A stretch of DNA of 58,564 bases, counting the filler, from Stramenopiles sp. TOSAG23-6 (Eukaryota): the NCBI GenBank assembly GCA_900128565.1. It is 2 parts of 2 records of this genome, joined end to end, with 100 filler letters (N's around TTAATTAATTAA, not from the genome) between each part and the next. Parts side by side here need not be neighbours in the genome. Positions count along the whole stretch, not along the records: positions 1 to 29,239 come from LT635972.1; positions 29,340 to 58,564 come from LT635973.1. One strand, written 5' to 3'. Under the pieces are notes generated by a model, which had not been told where the DNA came from, did not search any database, and saw only the letters and a list, made by a program, of their open reading frames with translations. This document shows positions 21,319 to 34,533 of this stretch, piece after piece. The translations under genes and the position numbers were made by a program. How positions within the stretch are numbered: position 1 is the stretch's first letter; each line of letters begins with the position of its first letter.

Positions 21319-22371
21319 TTATTGGTCATCTGCATCTCTCTTGCGGCTAGCAAGATAAATATCAATATTACTTCTCAATCGTTCCGAAGCATATTCCAGT
21401 TGATCTGAGCCATTACTCGTTACGGCTGCCAATACAACGTCGTAGTTGTCCTGTAGACGTGCTGAAGCAAATTCAAGCGCAGCGTTAAAAAGGATCGATT
21501 TGCCATCATAATCACTGACTGCAGCAAGAACAATGTTGAAATTGTCCCTCAATCGTTCCGAAGCATATTCGAGTGCTGAGCCATCACGCCTTACGACTGC
21601 CAATACAAAGTCGTAGTTGTCCTGTAGAGCTCGTGAAGCATAACAAAGTGCGTTAGGCCGCTCAACAACGATAGATCTCATTAGATTATCATCTTGAAGT
21701 AATGCAGGATGAGCAAATCGAAGGGATGACGGACGATTACACCCAGCCAATATGACAATCTCACGATCTGCGCGTAATTCAGGTGAAGCGTCCTGCAAGT
21801 AATCCCCATCAAAGCCAACAAGACTTCTCACAACTCTTCGATTAGCAAGATATTCACGGGGAATAAGATTAGCAAGATATTGACGGGGAAGAGGCATGAT
21901 GTGACCACGGCCAAAGTTTTGAAAAAAAACAACTTCCCTTGCAGGATAATAAAAACATTCCTCTGGTATTCCATTTACAAACGGATTGACGAAGTGCATA
22001 ATCCCTCGTCGAAGATCCACTGAATCAATTCGCGTTTGTTGAAGACCTCGTAAAAGTTGAAGGCGCTGATTTACCATTCTTGCGTGGATTGGCGTAACAC
22101 AATTCAGTACCTCCTGTGCTCGTACAGCCAAATCATTTGGCGCAAGGCTGTAACGAGCAGCATCATTTGGATTATTTGGATAGAGCATAACATAGAGTAA
22201 ATGAGACCTCACGTTTGCGTCCAACGGATAAGCCACACCAGCGACACGATCAAGAGTATTGTTGTCGACAGCATACTGCAAAGCTGCTCGGTAGTTTCGC
22301 ATTGCTTCAACTTGCATAAGACTGCAAAGAAGTGCCATAATTGTGAGGAGTGTATATTGATTGAACTTCAT
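21319..22371 (-). CDS. Signal-peptide protein with DUF4116-like helical repeats
   Basis: Hydrophobic N-terminus; ~25-aa repeats ALEYASERLRDNFNIVLAAV. Confidence 0.75.
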   Translation of the reverse strand: MKFNQYTLLTIMALLCSLMQVEAMRNYRAALQYAVDNNTLDRVAGVAYPLDANVRSHLLYVMLYPNNPNDAARYSLAPNDLAVRAQEVLNCVTPIHARMVNQRLQLLRGLQQTRIDSVDLRRGIMHFVNPFVNGIPEECFYYPAREVVFFQNFGRGHIMPLPRQYLANLIPREYLANRRVVRSLVGFDGDYLQDASPELRADREIVILAGCNRPSSLRFAHPALLQDDNLMRSIVVERPNALCYASRALQDNYDFVLAVVRRDGSALEYASERLRDNFNIVLAAVSDYDGKSILFNAALEFASARLQDNYDVVLAAVTSNGSDQLEYASERLRSNIDIYLASRKRDADDQ

Positions 22372-22797
22372 CGTTTTAGAATAAATTTGAATGCAAATAG
22401 AATTATTTTACTTGTTAGGAAAACCAATAAACCGGTAAATTCTGTGTCAAGCTCCTTGGTCAGCTGATCATCGGTTTGAATTTGACATTTTTCTTGTTTT
22501 TTCGTGTTTTTGCCTTTAAAGTATAAGGGCTCATTAATTGTATATTGTGGATTAATTGTATATTGTGGCTTGTGTTCACAAATAATACTTGAAAAAACAA
22601 ATAAAACCTTCATATTATCATATTTTATTTCTAAGTAATACATACTTTTAGTTCTTCATGCCACTCTCCATTATTCAATACACAGTTTTCTTTATCAGAT
22701 GTATGTATTTTTTACAATCAACAGAACGATGAATAATTAAAAAATAAATCCTATTGAAATGCATCAGTTTATAACAGTGAATACCTACTGGTTTTAA

Positions 22798-23463
22798 CTA
22801 AAATCTTGTTTTATACATGTTATAAATTTTCTGCTGTTTCTGTGACTGTTCAAGACAAGCGTTGGCAGCGTCGACTTCATTTCGAAAGTAACCTATTGAA
22901 AAAGAAACTTTTCCTAGAGCCATACCTGTAGCATGCCATTTTCGCCCACCTTTCCGTTTTGTTTTTTGAACCTTGTAACCCGTGATCACATTGTAAAATA
23001 AATAGGTGCCATCGCTAATATGTACTGTTTCCCACTCTTCAACTAAGTTACGTTCAGTAGTTGTCGAATCAGATACCCTTGATATACCATTAACTTCAAC
23101 CCATACATAATTATGAAGGACTCGTGTCATTGGTCGGATTTCCACTCGGTATATACTAGCAGGAGGCAGGTTTCGCATCGTATATTTACGGCGTTTGCCT
23201 GCTACTTTTGTACTTGAAACTTCAAGCCACTCTTCTTTGTCAGGTTTCAACGGATTTTCGTGAGGCACCGTAACACGACGAAGAAACCAGAGTGTGAAAC
23301 CGCCTAACTTGATTTCTTCGGGAATATCTATATCCCAAGTTACGCAAATACTCCCCTCACCGCCGGTCACGTTGACCCAAGTAGTTCCGATGTTTGCAAA
23401 ACGTTCTACAACTTCGTCATAGTCAAGCAATGCCTCAGTTTGAGGGGCACGAAGAGACACCAT
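22798..23463 (-). CDS. FN3-like + WW-like + AP2-like domain protein
   Basis: YTMRNLPPASIYRVEIRP (FN3); EEWETVHISDGTYLFYNVITG (WW-like); WHATGMALGKVSFSIGYFRNEVDAANA (AP2-like). Confidence 0.6.
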   Translation of the reverse strand: MVSLRAPQTEALLDYDEVVERFANIGTTWVNVTGGEGSICVTWDIDIPEEIKLGGFTLWFLRRVTVPHENPLKPDKEEWLEVSSTKVAGKRRKYTMRNLPPASIYRVEIRPMTRVLHNYVWVEVNGISRVSDSTTTERNLVEEWETVHISDGTYLFYNVITGYKVQKTKRKGGRKWHATGMALGKVSFSIGYFRNEVDAANACLEQSQKQQKIYNMYKTRF

Positions 23464-23717
23464 TACGTTAGAATGTCTCTCTTGACTTTCCACAGACTGT
23501 ATCTAACCTCACTCACGATTTATTGTGTGTATTTGATCTTCGTATTGGCCTATATGTTGTACAGCATCGTGATTGCTAGTATGTCATGTATGAGGTATAT
23601 ACTAGTATATAGCAGAAGTTTGTGTAAGTTTATGCAAGACCTACAGGACGTATACCGTATAGCGACCGGTACCGGTTACCGGCGGTTAATTTAAAACGTT
23701 AAAAAATGTGATGAATT

Positions 23718-25286
23718 TTATTGATTAAAATGCATTAAAATAGCGCGTTCAGTATTCCAGCCATTTTCTTCAAGTAGTTTATTTGCTTGGACATGATCAC
23801 ATCCCGCAATTGAGGAAACTTGTTGAATTTTTTGATTCATTTCAACTTTTTGTTGTTCTTCCCAGTCATTCCTTTTGACTGGGGAAGTTGCAATAGCTGC
23901 ATTCAAAAGGTCTTTCCCACTGTTACTAACTTGTAAAATCTTAGTTTTGTGAATCACACTGTCGAAATCAGCATTTGGATTTATGTCGGGAATGTCAAAG
24001 TCAGAATCATTTTCAATCACTTTTTTCTTTTCCTTTTTTCCTTTTTTTGCTTTCTTTTCCTTTTTTATTTTTTTTACTTTTGGCTTTGGTGACGGTTTAG
24101 TAAAGTCTAGTGGTTCTTTATCATAAATGATATCAAATGCAGTAATTTTAGCGACCACATGAGGTGGTGGAAGTTGTGGTTTTTCGGTAAGCATCATGAA
24201 TATACTTCGATTTTCATCATCCCAGTATTTTGCAAAATTCATACAAGACTCGTGTAAACCATCGAGAGCAGTCATAAACTCTCTGTTTGTAGCATCATCA
24301 CTTCCTATAACGTTTTTCGCGTTTTTCAAAGCTACTTGTGTATGTTTTGCTGCATCTATCATAGCAACAGCTGCTTCACCATGACGACCTTGAAGTTTTA
24401 CATCAACCGCGAGGCATCTCATCGCTAATGCTTTACTCAAACTTAAACCTGTGACTGTACGAATTAATAGTGAAGGTACAACACACAACATTTTTTCTTT
24501 CGGGATTTCCTTCATCGCTTCAACAATCTTTTCATTTACACTTTCAGATCCATATGCTAATCGTGTGAGAGTTTTTGGCTTCATATTTTTCATAAGTGCT
24601 ACGCACAAGGTTGCAGTCTGAGCCTGGGCAAGACCCAAAGCTACTAAAGCTTGAAGTGTACCTCGCTGACACTCAAGAGGTAGTAAGGGGTGCGAATTTT
24701 GCCATTTTAATAATATTTGGGTGTAACAAAACTGTGCTACACCTGCTGCCAAACGCGAATTTTTCCCAGCTTCTTGGAGAGATTGGACGGTATAATTTTC
24801 ACCAGCAACTGCGTTGGCTGCTCTACCAAAATATGCTAAACTTAAATGTGTTACCATATGAGCATACTCAAAAGTGAAAGTATTACCAGTATAAAATTTG
24901 CCTACTTTAATTGAACCTTTGGTACCAAACACCTCTAATACTGGGCTCCAATCAAACTTTATTGATTTTCTATTTTTCATTTGAATTTTCTTTGGTGCAT
25001 TTGAATAACTTATCATGACCCTTCTTAAACATTTTAGGTAAATCTCAATTTCTTTAATAACATTTGCATAATCTCGATCGGGGTCGCGCAATGCACATAC
25101 ACATCGTTGTCGGGCTTGTGAAGTAGCTTGGCATAATTTCAAAATTGGTTCGCGTAGCTTTTTCTCGCCACCAAATATAGCCGAAAAGTCAATGTTATCG
25201 TTAAACTGAGCTCGCGAAGCAGTGAAAGGTTGAAAGATTAGAGGGATAATGACCTCTGGGAGGTTAGCATCTTCAGCAGTAGTCAT
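23718..25286 (-). CDS. BRO1-domain protein with C-terminal UBA-like domain
   Basis: KFDWS...FTFEYAHM, LAAGVAQF, LAQAQ, HGEA, DENRSIFM; ANKLLEENGWNTERAILMHF. Confidence 0.75.
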   Translation of the reverse strand: MTTAEDANLPEVIIPLIFQPFTASRAQFNDNIDFSAIFGGEKKLREPILKLCQATSQARQRCVCALRDPDRDYANVIKEIEIYLKCLRRVMISYSNAPKKIQMKNRKSIKFDWSPVLEVFGTKGSIKVGKFYTGNTFTFEYAHMVTHLSLAYFGRAANAVAGENYTVQSLQEAGKNSRLAAGVAQFCYTQILLKWQNSHPLLPLECQRGTLQALVALGLAQAQTATLCVALMKNMKPKTLTRLAYGSESVNEKIVEAMKEIPKEKMLCVVPSLLIRTVTGLSLSKALAMRCLAVDVKLQGRHGEAAVAMIDAAKHTQVALKNAKNVIGSDDATNREFMTALDGLHESCMNFAKYWDDENRSIFMMLTEKPQLPPPHVVAKITAFDIIYDKEPLDFTKPSPKPKVKKIKKEKKAKKGKKEKKKVIENDSDFDIPDINPNADFDSVIHKTKILQVSNSGKDLLNAAIATSPVKRNDWEEQQKVEMNQKIQQVSSIAGCDHVQANKLLEENGWNTERAILMHFNQ

Positions 25287-25686
25287 CACCAATATATTTC
25301 TATTGTATGCGATGAACTAATGTTTTCCTCTATGTCGATTCTAAATGGAGAAGAATCGTCTTTTTAAAATAATTTGTAGGTTTTTTGTGTTGTTTAAAAT
25401 AGAGGAGGAGGAGCGAAGTGAGAGAGTGCGAGACACGAAAAGTCGAATAAAAATTACGAAAAAAGTGTAGAGATGAACATACAATAATCTATAAAAAAAA
25501 ACAAATGATGTGGTGTTCAACGTCGAACGACAATCTTTTAATTAATTTTTATATTTGTTTTTGGCATAATTTACAAAAAATATTTTAAGATGCACATCGA
25601 CATCGACATCAACTCAATTTAAATTTGCATATGAATTAATATTTTTACCTTCAAAAAAATTGTGTTGGGTTAGGGTTAGGGTATTT

Positions 25687-26130
25687 TCAAGAGTTTCCTA
25701 CAACATATTTGCACTTTGTAAGCACTAAAGCAGAATCCCAAACATTTTCTAGCAAAATACTTCCACTTCTACTACCTGTAGATGTCGTCTTTTTCTCCTT
25801 TACAGTAAGAGATTTTTGAAGTTTTAAACCAATAACTGGTCTAGATAGAGAAACGACTTTTCCCTCACATTTTAGCCTTCTGTTCCCAGGTAAGTCGATA
25901 AGAATGTAGGGTGATTCTGTGTGAAGATCGCATAGTGATCCAAAGCATCCTGCAGAAAAAGGAGTCACAGAACCAGGTAAAACAATGAGTAATTTACTTT
26001 TCTTTCGTTGAAGATTTCTTGTGACGTCAAAGCCATCACATGACAATAACGACTGTTTTGGACTCAAAGTATGTGCAGCAGCCGCCCCAGATTTTGGCCT
26101 ATCACCAAACAGTGTTTTTTCAATATCCAT
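25687..26130 (-). CDS. RHL1: RHL1-like topoisomerase VI accessory protein
   Basis: CDGFDV...KKSKLLIVLPGSVTP..AGCFGSLCDLHTESPYILIDLP.NRRLKCEGKVV resembles the plant ROOT HAIRLESS 1 core (recognised from memory). Confidence 0.65.
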   Translation of the reverse strand: MDIEKTLFGDRPKSGAAAAHTLSPKQSLLSCDGFDVTRNLQRKKSKLLIVLPGSVTPFSAGCFGSLCDLHTESPYILIDLPGNRRLKCEGKVVSLSRPVIGLKLQKSLTVKEKKTTSTGSRSGSILLENVWDSALVLTKCKYVVGNS

Positions 26131-26473
26131 GACAATGACTAATGAAGTAAGTATCAGACAGAATAGGTGTTTTGCAGTAGTAATGAAAGATGTTATAATA
26201 ACTTAAAGTAACATTGCTTGTGGTATATTAAGTTGTTGTTTTCAGATTATATTCGGATTTTTCTCAAAAAGATACGACAAATCGAAAAATACGATGTGGT
26301 GTTTGTCGCGNANTTGNAAANTGNAAAAATATTTAATTTCGTGTTTTGNCANGNTTGCGNTTTTTTTTTCNAATCTCATCAATTTAGATTTGATTATNGA
26401 TCGATGATAAAATATNATTGGTGTTATTTTCGAACCTTTTAAAGTGGTAAATTGAGCAAAAGCAATAGTAATC

Positions 26474-27578
26474 ATGATGAACGATATTCCTTTTCTTCAA
26501 GTCCATCGTAAAGCTCTTCAAAATGTTCTCACTCATTTGCCTGGAAGTGTGGTAAACCACGAAGTACACCGAAAAAATATGCAAGCTACTCTTGCGACTT
26601 TGCCATGTTCGGAAATGTCAGAAAAAAATAGAGACAAACACAAGTTGAAAGCACAGATGTATCTTTCTAGCATCCAACAAATTAGTAGTCTCAATTTACA
26701 ACCGCGAGATACAAGCAGGATCCACCAAGTTCAAACACTGAATATTTTGCAGAAAGAGTTAGATAAAATGGCTCAGCTCGAGAAGGAAATAGAAAATATG
26801 AAACAGCAACTTGTGGAAAGTAAGTTATTGAATAAGGCTCTCTCCTCTTCAATCGATGAGCAAGCTAAGCGTGTTCAGTGGACGTTTTACCGAATTAAGA
26901 ATTGTATCCCTGATTCTATAGACTCGAATGTTGATGAAAACATAAAGAAAGCGCTTTATGCAAAACCACTTCAACACATGTACTTTTCATCTTCAATTTC
27001 AAATTTATTTATTATTCCAAATTTCGTACCTAACGATTTTTTTTGAATTTCAAATGTAACATATTATTTCGCAACACATGCGTCTTTCAAAAATAACTTG
27101 TTCTTTTCGACCGGCGAGAAGTAGAGGTAGATCAAAGAATGTTTACAATGGAAATAATAATACGTTGCGTTCGTATAATAGTGGTTCAAATTCATACAAT
27201 GGAAATAATAATAGAAATGGTTCAAATTCAGGTTCAAATTCATACAATGGAAATAATCATAGAAATGGTTCAAATTCATACAGCAACAATAATCGAAACT
27301 ACCAAAGTCACCATAAACAAAGATACCAAAATAGTAATAACTTTGATACCAACGAGTTCAATAACGAAAGTCATGATTTTGGACAAAATACTGGAAATAC
27401 TAATTGCACTGCTTCATTAGAGTCCCAGCAAGAGACCGTCAGGCAAAAACTTCGTTCAGCTGCGTTTTCTAGAAACAGTAGCTCATTGCAAATGGCAATA
27501 AATGAAGCACTTAGTTTAGGCATGCATTTTGAAGTTAATCAAGGTAGAAAACAGTTGGCAAGAATACAAGGGTTATGA
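26474..27578 (+). CDS. Hypothetical coiled-coil/Asn-rich protein; exons 26474-26979, 27080-27578
   Basis: Two ORFs joined in frame (1005 nt) by removing a family intron. Confidence 0.7.
26980..27079 (+). other. Family intron, GT-AT, 100 nt, with 9-bp direct repeat CAACACATG at both junctions
   Basis: CAACACAT|GTACTTTT...TTCGTACCTAAC...GCAACACAT|G; gives QH-M-RLSK. Confidence 0.8.
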
Positions 27579-27777
27579 AGTATATTTCGTGTATATATTT
27601 CCCAACGACACGATTCAAATGTAAAACGTTTTGAAACAAATTATCAAATGCTTGATTTTGACAGTTTTTTTTAGGTTTCAAGTAAACAATGGAATGTCTT
27701 CTCAACGCAATTTACAATGATAAAGCCTTCCATTTTTCAAAATAAATCAATTAATCATATTTAATTTGTAATTTGTT

Positions 27778-29185
27778 TTATCGAGTAAATATCTTCGCAA
27801 ATGTGTCCTTTAATCGTGCGAGAGACACGTCATTACCTTTATGTTCACATGTTTTAATAAGGTCAATAAATGCACCTTCATCTTTCAATTTAACGCAAAT
27901 ATCAGCAGCTTCAGACCAATAGCCACTCTCCGAGAATAATTCCAATCTAGATGTCACATCCTTCACACGATGTATATATTTTGCAGCTTCTCTTGTGTTT
28001 CCTTTCTTTAAGCATGCATCTGCAAAAGGACGAAATCCAATCGGAGGTCTTTTTTCATTAGAAAAACTTTGTAGCATTTTCCAATCTTCGCATTCTGCTA
28101 ATGCCTTCACTTTCAACTTCCAAAATCGTTTATCTGGTACTGCAAATGTGTTCTTAATAGTCACAGCTTTGGTGTGCTGTGATAAAACAATACAATTATA
28201 AATTGTCTCACACACAGACATATCAATAAAATATGATTCGCCTGTAATCTGTTCCAAATCTTGCTGTATAACTAATAATTTCATTTGTTCTTCTGTTGCT
28301 TTCCAAAGGAATCCAAGTCCTTTATCGCCTTCCTTGTGTCCCGTATAAAACATACCCGATGCAACTTTCATAGCTTTTAATCGATTTTTTATATCTGTCG
28401 ATGCATACGCGTCCTGTATCGTTAATAATCCAGCATCACAATACCGTTTATTATAATAGTATAATTGTTTTAATAACGACTTATCTTGTACTTTACAATA
28501 TTTTACAAGTAAGTCTATTGGTGCAGAAATTATTTTATGGACAGGATGTATTGCAGACGGCCCAGACACAAACCCTACCAAGTCCAAGGGGCCACTCGGT
28601 TTTGATACCAAATGATTCTGATAAGTCTCTAACACTTGAGATGTAGCGAGTGAAATAAGTTTAAAAAACTCTTTTGGATTTCTTCCTTCAGAAGCTACAT
28701 TCTTTTTTATATGCAAAAGTGTCAGATATATTAAATCTGAATCACCTGATTTTGTTGCCTTTTCAAGCGCCAGTTGTTCTTGGTGCATACTAAGAAGCAT
28801 TGGTACCTGGTTCGATGCCTTAGGTTCATATTCAAGTAACATCGTTGCCAATGATCTACGACCTGTACTCTCTGCTACTGCAGCCACTTGAGCAAAATTC
28901 ATTGTCGCCCCCATTGGATTTGTACTAGAAGAGCCCATGTCTTCAGATGATGATGAATTTATGGATACTTTAGACAGTTTTTCGCGAACAGCATTGCATA
29001 AATCAATATCACTCATCGTTGGAGAGCATCTAACTTTTGCTGAGGCCCAATGCACTAAAACACGATTTTTTTTTAAGTTTAAATAATCACACAATTTTAA
29101 AGCGAGAAAGTGTAGATTTCTATTAACAATTCTATTTACAACAACTTCTTCTGTCAGCACATCATATTGAAGCGAAGTGATTGGA
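27778..29185 (-). CDS. VPS16: VPS16 (HOPS/CORVET) C-terminal exon; 5' part beyond contig end
   Basis: PITSLQY..., RVLVHWA, LLEYEP...QVPMLL, ALEKATKSGDSDLIY, PDKRFWKLK, PPIGFRPF. Confidence 0.92.
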
Positions 29186-29239
29186 ATGTATTTTGGAAAA
29201 ATATTTCAAAAAAAAAAACTTAAATTTGTTAGGTACAAA
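29186..29239 (-). other. Family intron, 3' half only (ends AT)
   Basis: Minus strand TTGTACCTAAC...GAAATATTTTTCCAAAATACAT|TCCA, truncated by gap. Confidence 0.8.
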
Positions 29240-29339
29240 NNNNNNNNNNNNNNNNNNNNNNNNNNNNNNNNNNNNNNNNNNNNTTAATTAATTAANNNNN
29301 NNNNNNNNNNNNNNNNNNNNNNNNNNNNNNNNNNNNNNN
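29240..29339. other. Artificial contig-joining spacer
   Basis: 100 positions of N with central TTAATTAATTAA (29284-29295); unrelated genes on each side. Confidence 0.95.
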
Positions 29340-29424
29340 AATATTTCAAAAAAAAAAACTAAAATTTGTTAGGTACAAAATTTCGTACGAAAAAAATTCG
29401 AATTTGAAAAAAAATAAAACATAC
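29340..29424 (-). other. Family intron, 5' part only (GT donor)
   Basis: Minus strand TCTGAT|GTATGTTTT...CGTACGAAATTTTGTACCTAAC...GAAATATT then gap. Confidence 0.8.
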
Positions 29425-30339
29425 ATCAGACACTTGCTGCCAAACGGGGGAATACATCGTATGTTTGCCATATCTTACCTTTTCCATTATCTGATCATCA
29501 TCATCCCCATTAAATGGGGGATTGCCTGAAAGAAGCATATACGTAATAACCCCAATAGACCACAGGTCGCAAGCAGATGTATTGTGAAAAAATATATTTT
29601 TTTTTTCAAAAATATTCGTTAGGTATGAAATTTCCTATTAAAAAAATGTAGGTTGAAAATTAAATTTTGACAACGTACAGGTATAGTTTCTTTCCAAAAC
29701 TTCAGGGGCAATGTAATATGATGTACCAACTACTGAAATCATTTGAGTGCTTTTCATACAATCAACTTTCTTGGAAAAACCAAAATCAATCATCTTGAGT
29801 GGACTTCCAGGTTCATTGTTTGCATAGATAAAGTTCTCTAGTTTGAGATCTCTATGAACCATATTTTTATTATGTATATAGTTTAGAGACATTAGCATTT
29901 GTAGCACAGTGCTTGCAGCAACAGCTTCTGTCATGCTACCACCACCATCTAGTAAACGATCAAAGAGTTCGCCACCAGTGCACAGTTCCATAACCAAATA
30001 CATATTTTGACCCTTTTCTTCGAAGGCTTCATACAGACGAGCCACGTTAGGATGGTCAGTTGAAGCTAACAATGTAATTTCGTCACGTATTTGTTGCAAG
30101 CCTGTCGCACTATTTGAACCGATACGCATAACCTTTAGAGCAAACTTTTGTCCATCAGACCGTCTTGTAACGATCTTTACAGTGCCAGACACACCCTCAC
30201 CAAGAAAGTCTTTGTTATCAATCCCAGCATACTTTTTACGAATCTCAGTGCAGTCGCAAATATGATACTTTACAAGATTTTCGCGCATTGTTTTAGACGA
30301 ATGGTGTCCAATAGCAGACACTGATGCACAAATTCCCAT
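29425..30339 (-). CDS. CDPK/CAMK-family Ser/Thr kinase, 3'-partial; exons 30339-29679, 29576-29425
   Basis: MGICAS start, LVMELCTGGELFD, HRDLKLEN, DFG, GTSYYIAPEVL; second exon SACDLWSIGVITYMLLSGNPPF. Confidence 0.92.
29577..29678 (-). other. Family intron, GT-AT, 102 nt
   Basis: ACCT|GTACGT...CATACCTAAC...TTCACAATACAT|CT; restores NYT-S-ACDLWSIG. Confidence 0.9.
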
Positions 30340-30630
30340 TTGATTTAGCGGAGGAGTAAAGATAGATGTTAAATTTAGTTTGAGGACCCAAAGGTGAGAG
30401 GGGGGGAACGGCAGTTTGATTTCGAGAGTTTTCAAAAAGAATGTAAACATCAATATAATTCTGTAACCGAAAATCTCCCCTCACGGAGATTTTTTTTGGC
30501 AAATTGAATGACGGATTTTGAATAATATGATGACGTCATTTTGTGTCAGCTGGTAGCTGGTCAACCGCAACAACTCCCGACATCGAGAGATGACATTGTG
30601 TCGCGGTCTTCTCTCTCCAGTCAAACTTAA

Positions 30631-33016
<2,386 letters not shown>

Positions 33017-33125
33017 AATGTAATAAAAATAATTCAAAGTGTGTGACTACTATCTATTTATAAATTTCTTCATTCGACATAAATATTCTACATTTACCAA
33101 GAAAAATTAAAATCAAATAATTCGT

Positions 33126-34312
33126 TTATTGATATTTTTGCTTATTCTGTGTTTTCTTCTTCTTCGCCGTTTCATAAGGCCATTTAATATACATGAATAA
33201 ACTAAGAAGTGTCAGCGGTAGTGCAATAATAAGTTCAAACGTTAGAGGTATTGCGTACAAAGTACTCTGGACAACACATGTGATCATTATACCACAAATT
33301 ATGGAATATGATTTCGTATATTGTGAACAAATATTTCAAATATTTGAAAATGTTTTAGGTACGAAATTAGGTATTAAAAAAAAAAATTGAAATTCATTAT
33401 GAAAACGTATATGACACCACCTAAATGTTTAATGACTTGACCTATAATAACACCTCCTAATGCATTGGTAATAATTGGAATATATGAATACATTGTTAGT
33501 TGTGAAGTATCCAATATTGTTTCACCTCTCACAATTAAACCAAATACTAAAACACATATACCTATTCCACATAACTCACATGTATACAAGTAAGCATTTC
33601 GGTTACCTGTACCCTGCATCGCTTTTTGTGATAGTGCTGATGCAGTGCCTGACATGACTGCACTGGCCAGTGCTGGAAGAACTCCATAGTATAATGAATT
33701 AGGACGTAATCCATCCACATTATTTGCTTCCCCTTTCTCTTTTAAACATAGAAGAGTCCCTGAGATAAGTAGCATCACTAAAGCAAAACACTGGGTTAAA
33801 GATTGTCGCCTTCCAAGTACAAAATATAACATTATAGCCGTGAATAAAATTTTAGTCTGATTCAATAAATTGAAACTTAAAGAATCTAAGTTTTGATAAC
33901 CTATTTGAATTGTAACATTTTGTACAGCATAAATTGACCCAGCGCCACCAGAAATAATTATTGCATCCGACAACTTCCACTGGGAAAGAATGAAACGCCC
34001 TTTAGCAGGATCCTCCAAAAGCAACATACTTATACCAATGATAAATTTAAAAACTTCACAAAGTAAAACTAAAGTCGTCTTGTTTGCTTTGGCAGGAATA
34101 AAAAGACGAGTCAAAATAGGCTGCATACCAAACTGTATAGCAGCAAAAATAAGAAAAAAATAGCCGCGTGCCAAGTTTGGTCGACCATCGATTACACCTT
34201 GACCACTGACTTCTCGTACCACCTTTTTCCGCCCCAGCCTGCCACGCTGCTGTAACTTGACTGCCGCAACACCATCAAGCTCTTGCGACCCTGACACATC
34301 GACACGGCTCAT
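33126..34312 (-). CDS. Nucleotide-sugar transporter (SLC35A-like); exons 34312-33411, 33315-33126
   Basis: IYAVQN, LLNQTKILFTA, LGRRQSLTQ, NALGGVIIGQVIK; last exon supplies KSYSIICGIMIT and the final TM helix. Confidence 0.9.
33316..33410 (-). other. Family intron, AT-AC, 95 nt
   Basis: GTCAT|ATACGTTTTCATAATGAATTTC...CGTACCTAAAAC...TTCACAATATAC|G; gives GGV-M-KSY. Confidence 0.8.
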
Positions 34313-34533
34313 CCTCCCTTTTCGTATCGCTTAAACGCGAATATTAATATTTGAAGAAATTAATTACGTAGGGTTGGGGTCAAAAAAATCTAAAAAAATT
34401 GATGGCTCGGGCTGCTGTCAAAATTTAGAAACATCAACATCATCCGCATCATGTCCTTTTGTTTTAAATTTTTGTGAATGTGGTGTTTATGATTTGATCA
34501 ACTCGGTATATTAATTGAATAGTACCCCTGATA

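Noticed and set aside
29284-29295. TTAATTAATTAA inside the N-run
   Set aside because: Artificial all-frame-stop linker used to join contigs.
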